From assembly GCA_964106645.2 (NCBI GenBank), contig OZ067039.1: 64,000 nt of DNA; one strand, written 5' to 3'. Shown here piece by piece: positions 54,930-64,000 of the stretch. Position 1 is the first letter of the stretch; each line of letters begins with the position of its first letter. This stretch comes from Podarcis pityusensis. Its lineage: Eukaryota. The notes under the pieces are model-generated. The model was not told the DNA's origin. It made no database searches and saw nothing but the letters and a program-made list of their open reading frames with translations. Both the position numbers and the translations under genes were made by a program.

Positions 54930-55230
54930 AATGGGTGGCCATTGTAGCTGATGCAGAATTGCTGCTAGGCCCCAGAAGTATTTCAGCAACTGGGATTTTG
55001 CACATGCTGAAGTATGTACAGTATATGTATATAATTTGCCTAAACTACTAAAAGGCACTAGTGACTGTTGTTGCCTGCAATTCCATTGATAATACTGAGT
55101 CCAATATGCATCTGATTCTTCAGCCCTCTCTAAAAGCAGTTGCAAACCTCCATCCAAAGAAGCAATCTTCCCAAGCAACTTTACTTTGGTCATACCAGGA
55201 TTAAGTTTCCACTTGTTTCCTTTCATTCAT
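54930..55230 (-). mobile_element. Degenerate L2-clade RT remnant
   Basis: Translation MKGNKWKLNPGMTKV resembles the LKLNPxKTE motif; LHQLQWPP resembles LHWLP. Confidence 0.55.
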
Positions 55231-55566
55231 CCTGGAACTGTTCCCAGGTATATGTTCATCATTTCCACTGCATCCCTGGAATTAATTGATGGAAACAAGC
55301 AGTAGAGCTTTGTGTTCTGCATTCAGTGACACCTTTCTCCAAAGCTCCAAATAATTTCACCCAACAGTTTACTTTAAATTAGAAGTGACAAACCTGTGGC
55401 TCTTCAAATGTTGTTGGACTCCAACTCGCATCGGTTGCAGCCAGTGGTCAACAGCCAGCAACATATGGGTGGCCTCAGGTTAGCCTCTGATGTAAAAAGT
55501 TTGAAAATACAGGACACAGGCTGGTAGTTGGGGGCAGTTTGGGGTAAAGCAATAGTTCTAATACAA

Positions 55567-56058
55567 CTGGGCACCACAGTTCAAGAAGGACACTGACAAA
55601 CTGGAACGTGTCCAGAGGAGGGCAACCAAAATGGTCAAAGGCCTGGAAACGATGCCTTATGAGGAACGGCTAAGGGAGCTGGGCATGTTTAGCCTGGAGA
55701 AGAGGAGGTTAAGGGGTGATATGATAGCCATGTTCAAATATATAAAAGGATGTCACATAGAGGAGGGAGAAAGGTTGTTTTCTGCTGCTCCAGAGAGGCG
55801 GACACGGAGCAATGGATCCAAACTACAAGAAAGAAGATTCCACCTAAACATTAGGAAGAACTTCCTGACAGTAAGAGCTGTTCGACAGTGGAATTTGCTG
55901 CCAAGGAGTGTGGTGGAGTCTCCTTCTTTGGAGGTCTTTAAGCAGAGGCTTGACAACCATATGTCAGGAGTGCTCTGATGGTGTTTCCTGCTTGGCAGGG
56001 GGTTGGACTCGATGGCCCTTGTGGTCTCTTCCAACTCTATGATTCTATGATTCTATGA
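55567..56058 (+). mobile_element. CR1 LINE, 5'-truncated 3' end
   Basis: ORF2 C-terminus [28 protein letters not shown]...VRQWNLLP; (ATTCTATG)n tail. Confidence 0.95.
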
Positions 56059-59000
56059 AATGCAAAGCAAGAAGCAATTACAGATAGTCACAAAGTGTAG
56101 AAAAAACACCACAATATATCAAAGGCAGGCTAAAATCGATCACTAGTTCATTAATCTACCAAAGGGAGTGAAAAATATTTGAACAGGAGAGGAGAGTAAG
56201 TTATTTCATTCGTGTTCTGTAGAAAAAAATGGTTTGTAATATCCCGTATCTGTGTTAAAGTTTCATATTCTAAACCCATTTGTCCTGGACCCTGAAACCA
56301 TGCTATAATTGAATAGGCAATGCATTCTTTATCCAGATGTACACTCTGCTAATATGGACATGTCATTGAGAGTATCAGAACTGGGCTTCAGCAATGGTGC
56401 TTCTAGCACAGAAATCTATATTGGGCTGCCATCTGGATAATGCAGATTCAGTAACTGAACAGACAGTGCCACAACACATAAGCACACACACCCATAGGCA
56501 TTTCCACACACATAATTGTACATATGTTCACACAAACACACACTGTTGATAGGTTGTGATGTTGCCTAGTTTCAGGCCCATCAAGGACAAGTCATGTGAG
56601 GATTCAAACAGATCTGGCGATGACAGAAGAGAGCATCTTATTGTGAAATGGAAAACCTTGGCACTTAACCTGAGATTGACTCCAAGCAATGTTTTGCTGC
56701 AGGACGAGAGTGGGCTAACAAGCTAGAACAGGCAGCCCAAAGCCAAAACTGCTGACTTAGATGGCAAACTTTGGTTGAGAAAAAAACCAGTGGTAGAGCC
56801 ACCTGCCTTGAATGCAGAAGATGCCTGGGACCTCCACATAGGACTGGGAGAGAACCACGTTTGAAACCCTGGACAGCTACCACCAGTAAGTGTAGATGAT
56901 ACTGAGCTAAGTGGACCAATGGTCTGACTCAGGATAAAGCAGTTTCCTATGTTGTGATCATTTATGTAGTACACTGGCTGAACTCTAACCCCAAAGTTTA
57001 CACAGATCAAGGTATGGAAGCTTAGTAATGGATGATGTCAAGCAAAATCTTATCTTGTCCTAGTGGTTGTAACTGCAGGTGCTGTGTAAAAACCCACTAC
57101 TTTCTACTTCCACTTACTCACTCTGTATTGTTCTTGATATGACTTCTGACTTGCCAGGAAAAGCCTGTACAGTTGAGTGCCTAGCAGAACTAAGCCAGGG
57201 CTGGGCAGAAGGCAGATTTCGGCAAGTCTCTCTGACTCCCAATTGTCTAACAATGAGCATTTGTCTTGCATTCATTCTGATTTGGTTATGGAGTGTTTAT
57301 ACATCTTCCTGTTAGTCATTTGTTCACCCCACACTTTCCAATGCATTTTCTTGTCAATTTTACAAAACTTAATAAGTTATATTCCTTTTTAAAGTTGATA
57401 TATTGCACTAAGGCAACAGAGTCCTTTAACCCACTAACCACATAAATCTAAAGTTCCAGCATGGATATGAATCATTCCCATGAAAAAGTGACAGTGTGGA
57501 AGCACCCAGATTGGTGGTCTTCAGGGTTCCTGGAGAAACCAGTAGATTCTGCAAGCTTGAAGTCTGCCCACCCCTTGTGTAACCCACCAAGACTTGGGCT
57601 GTGTACACACTCATGTTTACTCTGCATCCAGTGTGCTCCTACCATTGGTTTGTGAAGCATTGTACACACAACATTAGTCACAATCCGTATCTATCCTTTA
57701 TCATGATGTTACTTAGGGAACAGTGCATTTTGATGTATCTCCCTGCAAACCAGCTTTTATCTCAATTCAGAAAAGAGGGGGACCTAGCTGCATTTTAAGC
57801 CAGTAACATGAACATGTCCTAAACAACAAAAGTGGATTTTACCCTTGTTCTTCTCTCCTAATTTTCTTTGTAATTCTTGCCAGATAGTTCTCCTTTTATT
57901 CGTTCTCTCCTAGCACAGTTCTTTCTTACTGTGGGTTAGAAATACATGCAATGGACTCGTTATAAGCATCTTTAGAATCTTGCATGTATTTTTTTGAGGT
58001 CAAATCCTAGTACCCAGCCTCAAAAATGAAAGGTTGTCATGCTGGCTTGATCACTTAAAAGAGTACTTATCTGGAGTTTGCATCCACTTAGCAGCTAGGG
58101 TTGGGCTCTAGCAGGTATCTGCCCAATTTATAGTACACCCAGCTTAAGCAGCATAGGTTCTCACAGCAGACGGAAAGCAGGAGTCGCTGCATGCAGATGC
58201 ATCTCTAGGAGTTTCTGCAAGGTTTGGAATGGACTCTGGGGTTTGCATTGGGTTCAAGGGGGGCTGCAGGGTAGTAGGAAGGGTCTGGGCTGCTGCTTAC
58301 TGTTGCCTAGATAGATATGGATGCTGAATTGTGGCACTTAAGTGGTAGGTCTTGATCAAATAGGAGGTGCAGCTAGGAGTGTCACAATTATGTCTAGAAA
58401 GTAATGGACTGACGGTGAGATGCAAGGAAAAGAGAATTCACTTTAGATTGCTGCAAATGCAAGCTCTAACTCACCTGTGGGGGAATTTTGCATCCTCCTG
58501 ACCAAGCCAACCACTCCCTCTATGCTTCAGTTCCTTGTTTTCAAAACGGGAATAACAGTGATTTATCACTAATGGTAGAGGAGAATAAATAAGGATTTCA
58601 GATACTATGAATTACACTTCCCTGTAGGCCAGTGGAAACTAATGTGGTGTTCTGCAGGTGTTGTAGACTCCAAATCCCAGTGGTCAGGGATGATGAAAGT
58701 GAACAACTTATGGAGGGCACCATGTTAACTACCCTTAGTTAGACCCTAGAATCCCAGGGAAAGGCTTGCTGTGATCCTCCTCCTCAGCCTAGTGTGCAGT
58801 GGCCTTCTGCCCTCTTGCCAACAGAGAACTTAGGCAACAGGGAGCCACGTCCAAAGTGTGGCTTCATGTAGGCAGCCATGCTTTTCTTGCTTTGTCCCTC
58901 TTTCCAGGCTCTCACCCATGGCATCTTGCTTCTCAAAGGGGCTATTTGTGGGCAGCATGGGTGGGTGCCAGCTCCTTATACAAGTATGTGGTGTGTTTGT

Positions 59001-59783
59001 CATCAGTACGAGCTGGGTAGAAATACGATTTAATATGGTGGATTGATTACCACCAAGGAGCATGGTTGGTTGCAGCTCTGTATCCAGCAGCTGGTCAGGG
59101 AGAAGGCAGAAATTGTGGTTTCCTCGATCATCCCTTTCTAATCACAAGGTACGCACACCCTCCATTTTAGAGCTGAGGAAAGAACTCAGCCTTTCATGTG
59201 TGTAGACCCTGGCAGTTCCTCAGTTTGAGACTGGTGGGGAAAAGAAAAGTATCCTTCCCTTTCTCTTTCTCTTTCTCTCTCTCTCCCCTCTCAACTAGTT
59301 TCTTCTGCATCAAGGCTGTTTGCTTGGTTCATCCCTGTTCCAGAAGGCAAACCTTGTGGGTGTTGACTTGTCAAACATTGGAAGAAAACTAAGCCCAGTG
59401 AGGAGAGTGGTTCCATCAGGTTTCCAGAGAAGAAGGGCTGTTTTGTTTGTTTTTTAGTGTGTGCGTTTTTAAGGATTTGGATTCAGCACAGGATTTCTTG
59501 AAGAGGTGCAAGAGCTAGCAAAGTAAGAAGCTGCACAGAAGGGAGCAGGTCCTGAATATCACAAATTCATGTACCAAACTCATAATTAGGCTGCAGTTCC
59601 CAAGCCAAGCCTTGAAGGCACGCATTAATTTTGTATATTTGGTATGGTGTGCGTTTTAAAATTGTAACCTGCATTGAGCCCCTGGGGTGGGTAGGCTAGA
59701 AAAACAAATGATGACTAATCAGACTCCTGTCCTGACAAGGAGCCCCCATTTTCTGTACATGAGCTCTTATCTTTAGGTTCCTT

Positions 59784-59907
59784 TGGCCAAACTTGGCCCT
59801 CCAGATGTTTTGGGACTACAACTCCCATCATCCCTAGCTAACAGGACCAGTGGTCAGAGATGATGGGAAATGTAGTCCCAAAACATCTGGAGGGCCAAGT
59901 TTGGCCA
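59784..59907. mobile_element. Palindromic hairpin MITE; degenerate relatives at ~54205-54305, ~55390-55480, ~58630-58735
   Basis: ~48-bp near-perfect inverted arms tggccaaacttggccctccagatgttttgggactaca... / ...tgtagtcccaaaacatctggagggccaagtttggcca. Confidence 0.8.
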
Positions 59908-62087
59908 TTCCTGGTTACAGCATTGTGTTTGGTTTGTTTCTGTGCTAGTGGTAAGTGCTGGTCATTGGACCAGGGAATTTAAAGCATCACCCGCTTGAAT
60001 TTGTTCAACCAGTGAGATCCTCAGCAGAGACGCTGCACCATGTCCTGCCACCATCAGGCGGGGGGTTGGGTGGGTGGATGACATAGGGCAAGGCCTTTTG
60101 GGGAGGCCTTAGCGCAGCAGTCAGGCTTTAGAGCTCCCTCCTCCAGGACACTCCTCTCATTTTTGTGTAGGACACTTTCTGCCCACCTCTCTACAAATTC
60201 CCTACTGAAATAAACCCTTTTTCTTCTCACAAGCTTGAGTGACGCCCCAATGCTCTTGCTAATGCTGCAATGCCTATATAATGCTTATATGGGAATGCGG
60301 TAAATTTAATATAACTCACTTGGACTCATTTCTGAGCAGGCACATGTAGGGTTATGCTGCAAGGGCTTCCAAACCTTCCCTTTTTGTTTCCCAACCTTTC
60401 ACATTTTACCTTTCATCCGCACTTCTTCTGCTTCTACATTATTTCAATCACTTTCCAGGACTGTTCTATCTCAGGTCCTTTGAGTTGCCATGCTGCATGT
60501 TAAATTTACTTCCTTTCCCCTGACAATTAGGAGGGAATGCAACTGCAGGCACCCTTCAGCCAGCCCAGCCTCTCACCCCTCCCATCTCACCCCTCCCTCC
60601 AGCTTCTGATGCCAAGCAATCAAAGAAGAGTCTACCTTTAGGAGAGATGTAAAAGGTCAGCACAGAGGCACTTAGGTATTTAGAAACCTGTGGGGGCTGT
60701 CAGAGCAGCCTTCTCTTCTCTTCTCTTCTCTTCACCTTGCCTAAGAGCTGCTTCCCAGGTGGAATTTGGGGATAATTGCTAAGGGAGTCTGTGCTCTTTG
60801 GATTGCTTCTCCCCTGCAATTGCCCTCACTGAGGGCGAAGCCAAATCAGCTGATAACCTTTTGCACAGGTTAGTGTTAAAACCGGTTAAATTGTGCCCTG
60901 CTCCTGCATCCACTTTCTGTTCTGCTTGTGAAATTTTGGTTTCATGGATGTTGCAAAACTGTGTCTTCTTTAACTATTCTTTCCTATGAAAACAGACAAT
61001 CAGAAATGTTTTGCTTACAGTGAGATCTGCTTTGTGGTGTAGCTTGCCTGCATGAAGGTCTGGAAAGGAGAAGCGGAACTTGCTTTCTCCTTCTTAAAGA
61101 CTAGTATGTGATCAAGGTGACAGAAAACCAGAGGTGTTTTGCCCCAGTGAATTGTTTGGAGTTGTAGGCTTTCTCTGTCATTGCAGTCGACCAAACAGAA
61201 ATCTGGTCCGAAATCCTATCTCATCAATGGACTTGCTAGATAACCATGAGTGTCATCCTCTCTCCGCCCTTAGCTGGCTAGTCATACAATGAAATATTTA
61301 TAGCCACCTCTGGGATGTTGTGATGAATGAAATAATAAAAGCCACCCTATAAATGGGCAGGCATAATTTAATCAAGATTGTACTGTAATCTTTTTTTTAA
61401 ATTTAAAAATATGAAAGTAGATAGAATAACTACCCTGGACTGGTAGGGGTGTAAATGATGATTTGCAACCCAATTCTATACATGAGCAGTGCAATCATAT
61501 ATTTACAGTGCAATCTTAAACATGCCTATACAGAAAATCCTTGTTAAATGTATATAGGATTACTGCCTTATAACTTGTTATTTAATAAGTAATTATTTAA
61601 TCAGTTCTGCGGCATCTTGGAGTCTCTCACATAGCCCCCTGTTGTTCGTGCTATAACAGACTTAGCACAGGTACCCCACAGGGCTTTGTTCAGTAAATTA
61701 TGACTCTTTTGTAACAATATGGGAACATGTATAAACTTTGTCCCAGGTGGACAGACCTTTGTAACAGAAGCCAGGCATTAACAGCTGTAATCCTTTAACA
61801 GTTGCTTTTAATGTTATGTAACAGCAAACTGGTTAATAAACTAAACTTTTTATTTAAAACCTGAATGTGTTGAAACTGAGTGTGGGAATCTGAACTTTTT
61901 AAAAGATGGTTACTAGGGTGGATTAGAGGGTCGAGGCTCTGCTACTGGCTTTGCGAGGAGACTTTCAGGGAAGCAAAGAGAGACTAATAGTTCCTTAGCA
62001 GGAACATGTCTTAAAAAAAAACGACTTCCCACAATTGTGGGTCTTTTTTTAACACTATGTATGTGTGATTAGACTAAATGTGACCCA

Positions 62088-62224
62088 CCTAGAGAAGGAA
62101 CTGGCAAACCACTCCAGTATTTTGCCAAGAAAACTCCATGGACATAAAAAAGGAGAAGCTTTGAGAAGAAAGTGAGAGTTTCCAAGGCATGCTCTGGTTC
62201 ATGGGGTCACAACTAAACAACAAT
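62088..62224 (+). mobile_element. RTE/BovB-related fragment
   Basis: gagaaggaactggcaaaccactccagtattttgccaagaaaactccatgga ... catggggtcac ... actaaacaacaa. Confidence 0.65.
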
Positions 62225-63446
62225 GTGTGATCACTTTTTTAAAAATATGTGCATTGCATATCAATTTGGATCTCCCATTCTCTGATGCTCTATACAGAAC
62301 TCTTACCTGCAGCTAGGATTCTGTTTTCACTCTGATTCGAGTCCTAGAATCATCTGGAGTCTCTTCTCCTGAGAAAGTTTTGGGACTCCAACATGATTGC
62401 TTGACAAGCAAGCCTGTTGGCTGAAGTGCTACCTCAGTTCCAGCTCTAAGTACTTAAGGGCCATCTCATCTTCTAAAAGCAGTGTTTTGGCTCGAAGACA
62501 CTGTATTCTCCTTCACACACGCCTCCTTATTTTTCTTCTTCTTCCCCCTGGTAGTTGCTCTGCTTGCACGGAAAGTCAAACAAAATATTTGGGCATTTGT
62601 TGTCAGCTGAACCTCTGTCAGTGGTCACAGCCAGCCTTAGATCTTGGAAGGGGGGGAGGGGCTCCCAGCATTACTCATTAATGAAAGAGCTCATTTAGAT
62701 AGCCTGGGAAGTGGGTCTCTTTCAAAGGCCTTGCCTAGCATTGTTAAGCCAGGAGAGTTTGATTGCAGTTTGCACAGCGGGGGATTTGATTTCTCAATTC
62801 ACCTTGGAAAAATAAGCAGCAGCATAGAATCTCTCAATGGAATGCACCAGATTAAAAATTGTTACTAGGCCATGCCTGGTGAGGATATGCCACTAACTGG
62901 ATTACGGTGTGGGTAGGTGTTTGGGAATGATTGGCCTCCATCAAAGTACATTTTGGCAAGCCCTTCATGGTCGAGTGGACTGTTGTGCAATCTCCAAGGA
63001 GTGACTAGTTTCCCCAGGAAATAAAGCAAAGAGGCAATACCTCTAATCTAATGTTGCCCACCACCCCAGTCTCCAAGCAGTGCAACATCCCAGGCACTTA
63101 CCCAGAGTTCAGTTTCCTTGGAATGAGGGATAGCAAAGATTTTGTTGTCTTTATGATATATGGTTTATTTACTCATATATACAACCTGAGCCTATGTTGG
63201 AGGAGCTCATAGTATTAATAGCCCAAGAGGGTCATGCTTTTCCCATAGCCACTGCCTTGGATCCCAGCAGAAATCAGGCATGGCTCTGTCTCTCAGCTGC
63301 CCAGCCTGCTTCCTCCTTCTAGCTTCTAGCTCACACACACAGCTCTGACTTTTGTCTTTCTAACTAACAGACAGTTAAGGGAGGGGGCCTCACCCATCTT
63401 CTATCTGGCACAGAGCCATTTCCTTTGCTGCCTTTAGGACCCATTA

Positions 63447-63809
63447 AAAAGGTAAAGGTACCCCTGACCATTAGGTCCAGTTGTGGACGACTCTGGGGTT
63501 GCGTGCTCATCTCGCTGTATAGGCCGAGGGAGCCGGCGTTTGTCTGCAGACAGTTTTTCTGAGTCATGTGGTCAGCATGACTAAGCCGGTTCTGGCGAAC
63601 CAGAGCAGGGCACGGAAATGCAGTTTACCTTCCCGCCAGAGCGGTACCTATTTATCTACTTGCACTTTGACGTGCTTTCGAACTGCTAGGTTGGCAGGAG
63701 CAGGGACCTAGCAATGGGCGCTCACCCAGTTGCGGGGATTTGAACCTCCGACCTTCTGATTGGCAAGTCCTAGGCTCTGTGGTTTAGACCACAGCGCCAC
63801 CCGTGTCCC
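63447..63809 (-). mobile_element. Sauria SINE, full length with TSD
   Basis: Full copy flanked by the direct repeat tttaggacccatta (63433-63446 and 63810-63823). Confidence 0.93.
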
Positions 63810-64000
63810 TTTAGGACCCATTACCAAGGGTCATTACCCATAAACTTGTCTGGCTATTCCAGCATTTAGATCCTTGTTGGATTCAAGAATTAGAAGGGAT
63901 TCAGGCATACAGACTACCTCCCCCTAAAAAACAAGAACATGTCACAACAATAACATTCTTCTGAAGTCTCAGTTACCATTCAAAATGGGTTGGTAGTTAG

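Noticed and set aside
48100-64000. BEST2 or another coding gene expected by synteny
   Set aside because: No bestrophin-like coding sequence seen; ORFs here are TE-derived or unrecognisable. A non-coding first exon near 59.4-59.5 kb is possible but unsupported.

Overview
Vertebrate genomic DNA from a squamate, probably a lacertid lizard (Sauria SINEs, CR1/L2/RTE-BovB remnants, many Tc1/mariner and hAT MITEs). The region is syntenic with human 19p13. Gene order: 5' two-thirds of TNPO2 (minus strand, 14 coding exons, 586 codons, runs off the left edge); an intact three-exon RNF11-like gene (plus); TRIR/C19orf43 (minus); GET3/ASNA1 (plus, head-to-head with TRIR). The last ~16 kb has no recognisable coding exon (BEST2 is expected further right by synteny). 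Most notable: two box C/D snoRNAs in adjacent TNPO2 introns, one being SNORD41 and the other an unidentified snoRNA with a predicted 18S rRNA guide; an RNF11 paralog where the human locus has none; a U12-type intron in TNPO2; a GC-AG intron in GET3; and a possible tandem-acceptor switch between a uORF and an N-terminal extension of TNPO2. Most ORF-track entries are spurious or are exon/TE fragments. Comparisons to human genes and rRNA are from memory, not from searches.
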